Shown piece by piece: positions 26,493 through 39,460 of a DNA stretch of 64,000 nucleotides. The DNA lies in the NCBI GenBank assembly GCA_977017645.1, contig OZ360236.1:20460001-20524000 (forward strand). The letters run 5' to 3'. The position numbers were made by a program, and so were the translations under genes. Positions within the stretch are counted from its first letter, which is position 1, and each line of letters begins with the position of its first letter. Under the pieces are notes generated by a model. It was not told the DNA's origin. It ran no database searches and saw nothing but the letters and a program-made list of their open reading frames with translations. This stretch comes from Torpedo marmorata. Its lineage: Eukaryota.

Positions 26493-26868
26493 TATTTCAT
26501 TTGCACAAGTATCATTTCACAGCATGATGAGGTGATTGTGAGGAAAGCAACATTTTGGTTCAAACAGCGAAAACCGTAGATAAGTTATTGATAAAGATAA
26601 ATAAATAAAAATAAAAAAGCAAATAGCCCAATAAAAGAGAAGAGACTTCCTGGCCTTGTTTTATTCAGCATCTTTCCCATCCTCGGAAATCTTAAAGTGC
26701 AACACAGAAAGAAAGCATTTGAAGTGTAATTTAGCCAAATTGAGCACCCAATTCATATCCAGGGCTGATGCATTTTATTGGTGCTGAGCGAAAATTGTCA
26801 TAATTCCTTTGTTCTTCCTAAAATTGTACTGTGGATCTTTTATATCAATAGCCTGAATACAACTGGGA

Positions 26869-27075
26869 TTGTCTAATCTTGAAACTAAGCAGGCACAGGA
26901 CTGGTCAGTACTTGGAGGGGAGACCGCCTAGGAACACCAGGTGCTGTAGGTTTCTGTGAGGGGCGCTGGACAAAGTAGCGACTCTGTCTGCCTTATAGTA
27001 GACAGAAATAAAAAAATTTCATGTATGTTACATTCTAAATATAGTATTACGTGACAATAATGGAACCTTTACCTT
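26869..27075 (+). mobile_element. 5S rRNA-derived SINE (SINE3-type)
   Basis: GTCTAATCTTGAAACTAAGCAGG..GGTCAGTACTTGGAGGGGAGACCGCCTAGGAACACCAGGTGCTGTAGGTTT matches the 5S A/IE/C-box region; followed by a LINE-like tail. Confidence 0.85.
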
Positions 27076-29051
27076 AGCATGCAAACGAGAATGCCACCTT
27101 GATTGGTTAGACTTTATATTTTATCCCCAAGGCAACATCTATTACACACCAGACCTCCCTCAGTCCTGCATTCAATTGTCAGCACTATCCATGTCCTTTT
27201 ATGTTCTTAAGGAAACGGTAGATAGATTCTTGAAAAGCAAATGGGTGAAAGGTTTCCACAGTAGGCAGGAATGCAGAGAGTTCTTGAGCAGAGAATAGGC
27301 CCTTCGGCCCATCTATGCCAACCAAGTCGACATTTGGTGCTTGTTCCATTTACCTGCCTATCTCCTAAAATTATTACTGAATGGTGGAGCAGGTTGAAGG
27401 GGTGGAGTGGCAGATTCCTGCTCCTAATTAGCATTTTCATGTGCGCATATCTATTAACTGCCTTTGGACATGCATGAAAGGACAGGCAGCCAAGAATTAA
27501 AAATATGCTATTTTTCCTCTTAAAAAGGCAATGGCATTTTAGATTTAGTGCTGATTGAATTCCAAACATTGATTTATAACTAAAGATCAGTTACTCAACA
27601 ATTCCAAATAAAACTTCCTGAAATACTGAGAATTCTGGTAACAACCAAATAATGTTTCACTTTCGATTAGCTTTCTGGTACGGTGCACTGAAACAAGACA
27701 AATCACTCACTGGACCGAAAAAGCAGGTCTTTTTAAATTGACCAGAGGCTCCAAATTTAACTTTCTAAATGGGTTACTTTGTTTGGCATTCAAGGAATGC
27801 GAGCAATGCATGCAGTAATTATACAAGGCTGCTTCAGCGCCAGACACCAGACACATTAAAAAGGTAAAGTGCAGTTATGTTCCTTAGCTTCCCTTCCATC
27901 AAAACAATCAACCCATACCTTCGACTGCTGCACAACATCCTGAGTCCTGGGACCTCACAGTCAGAGGCCGGACATTGTACAAAAGGAACACTGACCTCAA
28001 AGCTGCCTTTCACTCCTTGCAACACACATGTCAATTTGATGACATGAGCACAAAACATTTTTTTTTTTTTTTTTTTTTTTAAAAATAGTACTTTATGAGC
28101 AAATTAGACTGGAAAGAGCGACAGAATATCCTCTTCTGGATCTGGGACAATACAAAGATGATGGGAAGATGGGCTGCACTGAAGGGTTTAACATTCACAA
28201 AGCATTTGAATTTAGCAAACCCGGGCTGTCCTTGGGCAAATTAATATCATTCCTCTTTCATATCATCCAACCATTCCCAATGGAACACAATCAGGCAATA
28301 TTTTAAGTCTGTTGGCAAGTAGAGTGCATTCCACACTGAATCTGATAGTTTAACAGCTTAAGGTCTTTTTGATATGCTGGCGCTAAAGGATTTGCAGAGT
28401 TAATACTGTGGGCCATTTCACGCACAACCAAGTTGGCCAATGGTTTGTCCCTCAGGTATCAGCACTCGTTCTGTCAGGGGAAGGTTTACTTCTTTTACAA
28501 TGGTAAGCAAGCACCACATCTTAAATTTCTAGTGTAGTAGCTAGACAGGCCAGTTCAACCAGGACAGATCACAGCAAATCAAAGCACACATAGAACTGCA
28601 TGGATTTTGCATACAGTTTGGGTCTCCACAACCAACATGTGCTTGGAAGTGATGGCGCGAATGTCCACTGGATTTATTTTTGAGATCTTACCTTCTTTAA
28701 GAAACTGTGCACAATGCACTTGTACACACTGGAGTGCAGAAGAATGGAATCTGATCTAAAGGAAACAAGATTTTGAAAGGGCTTCACAGACAGCAACTGA
28801 AAGTCTGCTTCCACAAACTGTAGCTTAGAACCAGAGATCATTGCCCATGGATAAGGTAAGGCCATAAAGATAAGGAGAAATGTCTTCACCCAGGGGCTCA
28901 TAAATCTTTGGAATCCTGTTCCTCAGCATTGTGATAAATCAATCATAGAGTGTAACCATTGTTGAAATCAATAGGTGCTTTGACTCCAAAAGAATCTAGT
29001 GATGCGATCTGTCAGATTACTCTCGAGGACCTTAATAGCTGAAGCATGCAA

Positions 29052-29180
29052 CATCAGGGATGAAGGGCTCAGGCCTGAAACGTCGACCTACTATTGCTTT
29101 CCATGGATGCTGCATGATCTGCTGAGTTCCTCCAGCACTTTTGTATATTGTTCCAGTTCTCCATCATCTGCAGACCTCTT
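29052..29180 (+). mobile_element. Penelope-type terminal fragment with hammerhead-like core
   Basis: GATGAAGGGCTCAGGCCTGAAACGTCG...CTGCTGAGTTCCTCCAGCA. Confidence 0.6.
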
Positions 29181-29799
29181 GTTTAACAGCTGATATGTGC
29201 TTCTATTTAAGATATTTAAATAACTAATGCTCACTGTATGGCATTGACATTGATTCAATGTCACCATTTTTACGTGGTTAACTCCCCATCCCAGACATAC
29301 CCATCCAATCTTGTTCAATCCTCCATGTACCACCTCCATCCTGTGAACTATACACAATAAAAACACGACCAATACATTGCTTCACATTGTAAATGCTGTC
29401 AGTGCTACTTATGGACCTTGGGGACGCATCCTATTTGACCTGCAGGATGAAGTTTGTGTGATGAACCAGTGAACAGCAGAGTTTTGCCAACGCCAACAGA
29501 CCATCAGTCCAGCTCCATGGTACAAAGTAATCAGGAACTGATTGCTGAAAGATATGGATGTGCTCCACAATGTTTTGTCACATGTACCATACTGGTACAG
29601 TTGAAAATACAGCATCCACATTTTGATGGTCACCAGTTAATATGCTCCATTACACATTATAAAATGGGGCACCAAGAATTTAAAGTGCAGTCCCAAATAT
29701 GGTTTCTCATTTCAACATGAACACTGTAAACAATCGACTCTAGCCATTTAATGTAAAACTACATTTCCCTACCTGGCTGAAAGATCTAACAGCCTTATG

Positions 29800-30080
29800 C
29801 GACTCAAAGATACTGTTGCCTCCTGGGGGACAGGTAGGTGGATGCTCACCTGGTCAGCTTGGACTGGGAAGAGACCTTTGATGGGATATCACACACATAC
29901 ACATGGGTCATTCTCCTCAATGTGGACATTGGGGAAGGAACAGAGCAAACTGCTCCACATAGCCATCAGTGCTGCAGGCCAAATTGACAGGTGGGAAACA
30001 TCAGGTCCGGGGTTAGGCAAAGCTGCTGTGCATATCTGGTTTGTGAGTCGCATAAAATCAGTTCTTATGTCCATCAGGAA
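29800..30080 (+). mobile_element. Tx1/L1-group RT remnant (very decayed)
   Basis: One frame reads DAHLVSLDWEETFDGISHTY, resembling the SLDQEKAFDRISH motif. Confidence 0.4.
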
Positions 30081-30723
30081 AAAACATACTGGGCACAAGA
30101 GGTGTGGTGATAGCAGACAGTGGGGGGGGGGGGTGGGGGTGGAGGGAAGCACCAAGATCAAGCCACCCTCTACATAGACAACATCATCTTCTGCTCAGAT
30201 ACGGTCAGTACACAGATTGGTTAACATCTTCACACAAAACTAGATCCAACAAAAGCAGTTGGTATCAGCATGAGCCAGGTTTGAAATACTACTGACCAGA
30301 AGCAAAATGGCAAGAATTTGTTACTGGATGTGCAACATGTCCATGAGTTACCTCTGCTGATCAATGCAATAGGCAATTTTCTTACTTAATAAAGCACTTG
30401 CAGTGAATTGAGAAAAATACTAGTTTTATTCATCAGAACAAACCTATTCCTAACTGCTCTATTGGCATAGGATTCATAATTACCATCGTTACATTACAGA
30501 AGTCTCAAGATCTACAAACGTGTAAATTTGGCTTCAGTTTCAGAAAAAGAAATTAACCACAATGTTTCCACTTTCCTCAAGTTGAATTACAAGTACATCA
30601 CATTCAAGCTTGATCCACATCGTCTGACAGACAACTGTTGGAAGTCAGAAGCCTGACAACTGTCCAATCCAGGGTTGCAGAGGCCAATCCAGAGACCCCA
30701 ACTTAACTGAACACCGACTAGAA

Positions 30724-30886
30724 CAGTGGTTCTCAACCTTTTTCTTTCCACTCACAGACCAGCTTAAGTAATCCCTTACTAACCACAGAGCACCTATGAC
30801 ATCCTATGCCACAGGTGCTCTGTGGTTAGTAAGGGATTACTTAAGGGGGAATGTGAGTGGGGAAAAAAAAAGGTTGAGAACCACTG
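30724..30886. mobile_element. Palindromic hAT MITE
   Basis: CAGTGGTTCTCAACCTTTTT / AAAAAGGTTGAGAACCACTG; perfect 8-bp TSD GACTAGAA. Confidence 0.9.
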
Positions 30887-31003
30887 GACTAGAACAAATC
30901 CTGGACCCTTCCTGATCTGTCTGACCAAGTCAGCTATTGGCTTGGTCAAAGGTCTGAAGGAGATTTACAATAATACACATTTTGTTCAATCAGTGCAGCA
31001 TAC

Positions 31004-31153
31004 CTGGCCAAGGTCAAGTGTAACGTTGACTTCATTGTACTCCAGGCTACGAGAGAGAGGAGGGCTCTGCCACCAGCGCTCTGTCCCATCGATGGCATTG
31101 GTGCCTGGATGTGCTTTGTTGCTCCCTGCCTTGCATATATCACAATATTGACC
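31004..31153 (-). CDS. LAMA5: Laminin subunit alpha-5, coding exon 2 (LN domain)
   Basis: [50 protein letters not shown]; polypyrimidine-CAG acceptor (31154-31156), GTATG donor; 150 nt, phase 0/0. Confidence 0.95.
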
Positions 31154-31475
31154 CTGGTGAAAAGAAAAAAAACATGAATAATGTTGCATTAATCAACAAA
31201 ATCCATTAATTAAGTATATAAAAGTACAGGTGCAGTACCCTGTATCCGAAACGCTTGGGACCAGACGTTGTTTGTTTTTTTTGGTTTTCGGAACAGCACA
31301 GTAGCATCAGCAGAATACTTGCATCAGTGGTTAAACAACAAACAACGACATGACGCCACAAGTGGAAAATTCACATGAAATAATGTTTAGTACTTACCAA
31401 AAAATAACTTGATCTCTGCTTACAAAATAAGATAAATGAAGCACCAAACACTAGTAATTCTTCTCGATGGCTTTT

Positions 31476-33086
31476 TCAAATGTTTCCTCCAGTGTCATCT
31501 GACTCATTAACAATAGTTTTTGTCTTAGAAGTCTTTTTGATTTTATAAACTGACATGATTTCTTGTTCTGTTATGAATGCACGCCGCTCTTGTCCTTCAA
31601 TAAGTCCATCACACATTTTCACCATGTCGTCTATAGGCACTTTTTCTGCTTCACCGCGNNNNNNNNNNNNNNNNNNNNNNNNNNNNNNNNNNNNNNNNNN
31701 NNNNNNNNNNNNNNNNNNNNNNNNNNNNNNNNNNNNNNNNNNNNNNNNNNNNNNNNNNNNNNNNNNNNNNNNNNNNNNNNNNNNNNNNNNNNNNNNATAT
31801 GTAAGGAGGTCACACAACATTTTTTTCTCACCTAACATACGGAATCCTTCAAAATCACCATCTTGTTCATCATCATCACTGAACATAGTTGCAGGCCAGA
31901 GATTGTGCCAGGCATGTACAACTGTGTCTTTAGTCACTTTGTTCCAAGCGTTGGCAACAGCATAAATGGCATCCTTTATGGTAAACTCCTTTTGGAAACC
32001 CGCCACACCCAAGCCTCTGTTCACTGCTGACAGCATGTTGTTTAAGAAAGTGTTTTTATATTCACTCTTCAGTGATCTAAGGATACCTTGGTCACATGGC
32101 TGAATTAAGGAAGTCACATTTGGGGGAAAGATCATGACATGAACATTATCTTGGATGAGATTTTCAGCTGGAGGATGAGAACAGTTGTCGAAGAATAAAA
32201 AAAATCTTGCAGTCGTGATCCAGTCCAGCTTCCCTGCAGTGAGCACGACCCGCTGGCACAAAATGTTTGTTAAACCAATCAGAAAAGATATTCCTGGTGA
32301 CCCATGCCTTTTTGTTTGCATAATAATGGACTGGTAAGAAATTCACTCCTTTAAAACAACGAGGATGCAAGCTTTTGCCAATCACAGCCAGTTTACACTT
32401 ACGCGTGCCTGCTGCATTAACACATCCCAGCACAGTTATTCTGTCCTTAATTCCTGTAGGGGTTGTCTCATCAGCTGTAGCCAGTGTCTTTCTGGGGCAA
32501 TAATGCCAAAACAGTGATGTTTCATCAGCATTATAGACTTGTTCTGGCACCAGATTTTCATCAGCGATGATCTTGGCAAACTCATCAATGAATTTCTCCG
32601 CTGCTTTGTGATCAGCAGATGCTTTATCACCACTGATCTTTAACAATTCAATGCCGTTTCTTTTCTTAAATTTACTCAACCAGCCTGTTGATTATTCAAA
32701 GTTTCTTTCAATTTTCAGATCATGATAGAGCTTTGCTTGTTTCATGATCAGCAAACCATTAAGTGGCATGTGTTCACTGCGACTCTGTCAGATCCACTCC
32801 ATCAGTACACGATCGAAATCTTCACTTTTAGCTTTATGCAGTTTTTCTATCTTTCATTAACTTCTGTTCATCACTTTCAGAATAGAACTTCAACAGTTTA
32901 TCCTTCTGTTTCTTCAGGTCATAGATTGTGGCCGTTCCAACACCACACTCTGCTGTAAGACGTCTCACACTTACACCGCTGTCCAGTTTCCCCAACAGCT
33001 TGACTTTGTTCTATAGATAAACATAAATGCTTCCTCTTTTTCTTATCACTGTCATCCAAAGTGCTATCTGCAGGCCTTTTTGCCAT
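31476..33086 (-). pseudogene. Tigger/Jerky-type transposase (HTH, CENP-B HTH, DDE_1), frameshifted
   Basis: ATG 33086 MAKRPADS...KRKHLCLSI; YNADETSLFW, FDNCSHP and IQPCDQGI across ORFs 32164-32679 and 31476-32321. Confidence 0.88.
31659..31796. other. Assembly gap (138 N)
   Basis: Run of N bases inside the transposase. Confidence 0.99.
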
Positions 33087-33990
33087 TTTCAACTATATCT
33101 TTATACACAAGAGCTATGTTGTTATCAAAATGGCGCCAACAGAGCGTCAGAGCCCCACATGGGCAAGTCAGGTGGTGAATTTTTTTCAACTTGTAACGTC
33201 ATGTCGGCACTAAAAAAAGTTTGGTTTTTGGATCTTTTCGGTTTTCAGAACTTCGGATACGGGGTACTCGACCAGTATAATCAGCATTCCTTATTATCTT
33301 TGAAGTCAGTATTCACTTCGGAAAGTAGTCGAGTCACTGACTTTGCTAGAAGTCTGGAGTGATGTGTTTAACGGAAAGGTTCTTCCCTAGACTTAGGATG
33401 CTGTTTAACACATTTTTCATGGCAATTGTTGATTTTTTTAAAATTCCAGAGTTTAATGGATTTAAAGACACCAATTATCACAGTGGAACACATCTCTGGA
33501 TCAGTAGTCTCAGCCGTGAGGTAGTCAGAACAGGAATTTAGCCACTAAGTTTCCAAACTCCATCATTTGTAAACTTCAGTCCAAATTCTCAATCCTTTCT
33601 TTGAAAGGATTGACCTTATATTGTGTGCAGTTATGTTAGTTGCTGAACGATTTAGTATCATCTGTATTAGATATTGAAATGATTTAGCAAAACCTTATTG
33701 ATCAGTCTCCCACACCATTAGTTGTGGGAATATCTGGAGTGAGATGTATGATTTTGAAAGGCAATTGCCAAGATGCTACTGAATTTAGCTTGCTCAGTCA
33801 ATACGAGACCAACGCTTGGATATTCCCTGTGATAAAGTGCTTTAAGTTGGGGCACTCCTGTTCAACTAAGAGGGTAATGGCTGAAGCAGGTTTCAACACA
33901 TTTGTAGCTTCTCTTGGGGAGACACCTTGCCAAAGAGTCAGAGTTATAAATTGCAGAAACAGGCCCTTTAGCCTACTATATGCACACCCA

Positions 33991-34192
33991 CCACAGCTTA
34001 GTGGTTAGAGCACTGGTCTTGTAAACCAGGGGTTGCGAGTTCGTTCCTCGCTGGGGCCTCATTTCTGTGAGGGGCGCTGGACAAAGTGGCGACTCTCTGT
34101 CTTCCTTACGGTAGACAAAGTTAAAGAATTTCATGTATGTTATATTCTAAATGTAGTATTACGTGACAATAATGGAACCTTTACCTTTTACC
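33991..34192 (+). mobile_element. tRNA-Thr(TGT)-headed SINE or chimera
   Basis: CCACAGCTTAGTGGTTAGAGCACTGGTCTTGTAAACCAGGGGTTGCGAGTTCGTTCCTCGCTGGGGCCT (tRNA-Thr, first bases missing) joined to the same body and tail as the 5S SINE. Confidence 0.85.
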
Positions 34193-34703
34193 CTTTTGCC
34201 CATCTACACTAATTCTATTTGCCCACAATGGGACCATATCCTTCTTGTGCCTTGCATATTTAAGCACATGTCTAAATGTCTCTTAAAAGTTGCAATTACA
34301 CTGATCCACCAAAAGGCAGGGGGAGAAATGTGTGTATTGAACATTGATTCTACCATCTCCTCTGGTAGCGTGTTCCACATATCAAACACCGTGCAAAAAA
34401 AACCCAAAAAAACACCAAAACCCTCACACCTAGATCTCCTTTAAAACTCCCTCTTGACAACCCTATACCCTCTTGCTTTTCGGTGCTATCAGTTTTTCTT
34501 ATTTAAATCTATTTTCCCAACGTAGGGTATATCAAAAAGCAAAATAAATAATACTGTATAACCAATGTTTTGGGCCTGAGCCCTTCGTCAAGGTAGGAGC
34601 AAAAAGGCGGCAGCCGCCTGAATAAAAAGGTTGGGGGAGAAGGGAGGAAGGGCAGGGGGAGAAGCACAGAACAACAGGCAAGAAGATCACCCCCCCCCCC
34701 CAC

Positions 34704-35227
34704 CCCGTCTGAGAAGGAGAAGCGGAGGAGACGACCCACGGGACGGTGAGGGGCTCTGAGGCTGAAGGACCAGTGCATGCGGTGGGCTGCTGGCGACTTG
34801 AGGTGAGGAACCCACGGAGGCTGTGGGCTGCTGGAGACTGCTGTCGGGGGACTCACGCCGGGCTGCAGACTGCTGGAGGTTGGCTCGAACTGGCTGGAGG
34901 AGTACCAGGTATCGGAACCGGGATGTGAGGGGGTGCTGAGGGCGCCCTGACCGTGTTGGTGTTTCAGATCTATAGCTCGGAATGCCGATGGTTTGGACTG
35001 GACTCTATGGGGCTGCGGAGGCTGCGGAAGCACTGGAGGCGAATCTATGGACACTCGGTGACTCTGGGAGGACTCTCTTTTGCTTCTCTTTCTCTGACTG
35101 TAAGGAATGTTAGAGGCGCTTAGGCAATTTCTGCCGGTGGCGAATCTGTCTGCCTTGCAGCAGGCAAAAAGAAATTTCGTGGAATATGACACTGTCTTAT
35201 TACTATGACAATAAATTGAATCTTGAA
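34704..35227 (+). mobile_element. Non-coding GC-rich repeat with Rex1-type tail
   Basis: Close reverse complement of 22567-23095. Confidence 0.8.
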
Positions 35228-35341
35228 TAGGTGGACATGGGTGAGAAGGCACAAGAGAAAAAAGCTGAGAAGTGATTGAGGGAAGGGTATCTTTCTGAAT
35301 GGAGAGGGAAGGTGGGTGGGGAACTGGAGAAAAGGAAACAG

Positions 35342-35576
35342 AGGCGGCACAGTTAGTGCGATTACAGCGCCAGTGAACCGGGTTCGAATCCGGCGCTCTC
35401 TGTAAGGAGTTTGTACGTTCTCCCCATGTCTGCGTGGATTTCCTCCGGGCGTTCCGGTTTCCTCCCACCCTTCAAAACCTACTGGAGGTTGTAGGTTAAT
35501 TGATGTATTTGGGCGGCACAGGTTCATGGGCAGGAAGTGCCTGTTACCATGCTGTATGTCTAAATTTAAATTTAAA
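35342..35576 (+). mobile_element. V-SINE (HE1-like)
   Basis: Same head, core and tail as the other copies. Confidence 0.85.
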
Positions 35577-36367
35577 AGAGGGATAGGGAAAGAGAGAGAC
35601 AGGGGAGGGGACAAACCTAATATTCCAGCTGGGCACCCTCCAACCAGATGGCATTAATGTCAACTTCTCTGGTTTCCGTTAGGCCACTCCATTCCTTACT
35701 ATTCACAAAGGTGGACATTCAAACATTAGGTATAGAAACCATAGCTTGGGGCCTTGCCTAATCAGCAACCAGGGTAAGAACACACATTAGCAGCAGAGGA
35801 CAAGGTGCTTTTAATGGCCACTGACATTGGAAAAGTGAGCAAGTGCTTCCCATTTCTACTCTTGTAGCTCTTGAGTTGTCAGACCAAAGTCGCCCAATTA
35901 TACAGCATGGAACTTCACCGCCAGCTGTGCCACTTAACTGTACAAAATTAAAAAGTCCCAGATTGTTCATTAATTTGCACTGGGGAGGCATTGAAGAATT
36001 CTTAAGATAGGAAGAGAAAAAAAAAGTCCAGATTCCCATTTCCATAAAAAATAATCAATGATGCCATCTGGACAAACACACAGTTTCCCATTACCCATTG
36101 CTAATGGGAAAGCAAATTCAGAGCCAATGCATTCCCTGGAAATTCGTTACTTCCTGGCCCTGTTCATGCATGAAGAATAGGGACTTTGCAGCACTAGAGT
36201 GAACAAAACAACCAAAGGTATTTTCTGTGTTTTTATAGTGGCAACAGACAAGTTAGTCCCTTTCAACAGAACCAAACCGTGCTTCATCGGATTCTGAGCT
36301 AGGCTTCCAACTTTTAATTCCAAAGCAAAAATCATGCATTTATTTCCAACTTTGACAGAAACATTAA

Positions 36368-36602
36368 GGGTGGCACGGTTAGCGTGACACTGTAACAGCG
36401 CCAACGACGAGGGTTCAAATCTGGTGCTGTCTGTAAAGAGTTTGTCCGTTCTCCCTGTGTCTCCATGGGTTTCCTCCACGTGCCCTGGTTTCCTCCCACT
36501 GTTCAAAACGTTACCGGGGGTGTAGGTCAATTGGGTGTAATTGGGCAGCACAGTCTCGTGGGTCGAAAGGGCCTGTTGCCGTGCTGTATTTCTAAATTTA
36601 AA
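36368..36602 (+). mobile_element. V-SINE (HE1-like)
   Basis: Same head, core and tail as the other copies. Confidence 0.85.
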
Positions 36603-38650
36603 ATATTTTCTTTCTTACATCAACACTGTTCCAATATTGATGAAGATTCTTCTCCTGCCAAGGTTACAAATCCATTGCATCCATACTGTCAGACTACTTC
36701 TTGACATCTGATGCTAGCCTCGCTGAGGATCACTTACCCACCTAAATATTGAAGAACCCCAAAGATGTATGCACGCACACAGTACTAGTTTGAACGTACC
36801 CTCCAAAAGGTGATCAACTTTAACTTCCCTCACATAACCCTGCACACAAGTCACAAACTCCTTCCACCATATAACAGGAAAAGTTCTCAAGTATTCTGAC
36901 AAGCTTGTGGCAGTAAAGATATCAAAGGATGGAAAGAGAGCTGGCAATTTTGCAGCCCCTTTGCGTGAAGTCTCTAGCAGAAGATGACGTGGAAGTTGTG
37001 GCATTAGACTCTTTGGTTGAGAGGCAATTGCTGGGCTACCAAGCAAGGTCAATGTCATTGTGTTGAAAAATGGAGGCAGGGTTTTCAAAGGGTTTTGTCT
37101 GACCTCTAGAGTAGATACTGCAGTGCAGATGACAAACAGAGAATGGAAAATGTGTAACAGTCTCAGTAACTTTCATCATTTCTACATGGATGTTGTGCAA
37201 GGTTAGAAGCTTGATTGAAAAAAAAAATTCAGACATGGAATTCTAGTTGGGATGACAGCATGTCCAAACCATCAAAATTATCCTACTTCCCTCTTTGGAC
37301 AAGTCTAGTTATCATCTTATATCCCTTGGCCATATACAAGGGACCACTGAATTACCCATCACAGCCTTATGAGTAGCTCCCCATGTGTTTCATCTTCCTC
37401 TCTTGCTAACAACCCAGTCAGCAGGCCTGCTGGGAAGCAATCTTGCCAATATTACCCATCCATTCAACTCTGCCTTCCTGCAAATAGAAATATTTTGAAC
37501 AAACACCACAGCTGTACGATAAATGGCGTTTGACTAAAATTATTATTAAATTCCCCTCTTAGGAAGTGGTTGAAGAACCAAGTGATGTGAACATCACAAA
37601 GACGACCGGATAAAGTTTCCTTTTGAGGATGTGGTCACATGACCAGCAGGCAACAATGGCATCAGTATCTGCTTCTTTCCAAGAAGATTTTTCATTCTCA
37701 TTTTATATTCTACGCACTGTAAGAGCACCATTAGTGCTTGGTCTCCTGTTTCAAATTCACGTACTCAAAAACCACAGTAACATATCCCTGCTGCACTAGT
37801 TGACGGATGCGAGATATTGTTTGATGAATGAGCTAGATCACTAGCCCTGATACAGTTGCACTGGGCCAATCTTTCAAAGAGGCTTGGAAATATTATAGTT
37901 GTTAATACTTGCTGCATATTTTAACGCATCACTGAAACAGGAAGGTTTTATCCCTTGATATCTCCTTGCAGCAAATTTTCTGTTCAGTTACAGAGCAATG
38001 CGTTCCATATATGGAAAGAGTTAACGTCAGACCACTGCTACCAGGCAGTGCTGGTGGCAGGGGAAAAAAATCAATTTAGCTACATTTTTAAAACAATGCT
38101 TAGATCAAACTTATTTTGGGCAATCTTTTAAAGTCTGTAAATGGACAGAGTCACAAATGCATGCCATCACTGAACTATTCTGTTCAGCAACAATGAGCAA
38201 GACTGCATTTGATATAGAAGATTATTTGTTCTCCTTGGGCAAACGTTGAGAGATTTGATAGAAGGGCACAAGATTGTGGTTGGTTTAAGAGGCAAGATAA
38301 TCTCATTAACTGATGGTTTGTGAATCTCAGCCAAGGATACTGGGGTTGGGTGGGGAGGAGGGGTTGGGGTTGCAAGGAGAATCCCTTAATTTTCAATGAG
38401 TGGTTATGAATTCACAGTTTGTTAGAGAATTTAAAGGCCCCCTGACATAAATAAAGTACAGGGTTCAGAGAAATAATACTGATGGGATTGTTCTACATAG
38501 TCTGTATGTCCTCATTGAATTAAATGGTTTCCTCTTACACTGTGTGAAACACAGAGGTCTGCAACGCTGTGACTGTAGTAAAAAAACCCACAGAAATGCT
38601 GGAGGAACTCAGCCGGTCTCGCAGCGTCCAGAAGAGGTAAAGATGTATGA

Positions 38651-38682
38651 CCGACGTTTCGGGCCTGAGCCCTTCTTCAAGG
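38651..38682 (-). ncRNA. Putative minimal type I hammerhead ribozyme in a Penelope-type end (38540-38690)
   Basis: Reverse strand CC-UUGAAGA-A-GGGC-UCAG-GCCC-GAAAC-GUC-GG: core, stem II, palindromic ACGU stem III and GUC cleavage triplet. Confidence 0.55.
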
Positions 38683-39460
38683 AATAAGCAAAGAACAGGA
38701 ACAATTCTAAGTAAAATAAAACACCTTAGTTTAACTTTAACCCATACTGGATGTGACCAGTTACTGGACATTACCAATTATAATGTGCTTGAAATGAGAG
38801 TGCACGACAAAGCTGATAAAACCGTGACCACAGCAGCAAAGGGCTTAATTAAAGGCAAATTTCCATGGAGTACAAATAAATTTAGCAGCTGAGAGAGAAG
38901 CGAGCATGAGATTGCGTAAAAACCTGCACAAGCCTGGGCAATCAGTCGCTGCTTCAGTCGCCGAAACAGTGACGAATAAAGGCAGGAAAAAAGTTCCTGT
39001 AGTGACCAAATCTCCAGTGAAATCTAACACCAACCTTAATAACCGAAGTGGGCTGCGGAAGGGGGTGGGGGCGGAGAGAGCGAGGGAGGTAATCATATTC
39101 CCGATTAATGATCCGGGACGAAATCGAATACAAATGTTGGCAGTGGAAACGATCAGAGAAGTTAGTTGTTTGATGTCTGCGGATTACTAGCATCACCAGG
39201 ATGGACCGAACGGCACTCCAATTTTGTTTCCAGCCACTCAATAATTTTAAGACAGCAGCATTTTTTTTTAATTGAGTTATACTTGCGGTCATGTTTCTCT
39301 CGACGACCTGCAGGCAGCTTTTACTTTTCAGACAGATTACAATCAGCGTGGTCTGAACCAGCTCAGTAAAGCAGAGATTGACATCAAACCTCGTTGAGAG
39401 AACAAGCTTTACATTTTCTCCCGAGCTCAGATCAAGAGCAGCGAACAATTTAAGTGGGTG

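Larger units (their letters stand above)
31227..33275 (-). mobile_element. Tigger4/Zombi-like DNA transposon, full length, decayed
   Basis: TIR CAGGTGCAGTACCCTGTATCCGAA / TTCGGATACGGGGTACTCGACCAG with TA flanks; Jerky/Tigger-type transposase inside. Confidence 0.9.
34555..35680. mobile_element. Penelope-like remnant (inverted end plus C-terminal coding bit), split by two younger repeats
   Basis: pLTR-type sequence at 34555-34700; LIFQLGTLQPDGINVNFS at ~35615-35670 is typical of the PLE ORF end. Confidence 0.55.

Noticed and set aside
26869-26953. 5S rRNA gene
   Set aside because: Partial, diverged and fused to a retroposon tail.
33991-34059. Functional tRNA-Thr gene
   Set aside because: The 5' acceptor-stem bases are missing and the sequence runs into a SINE body.
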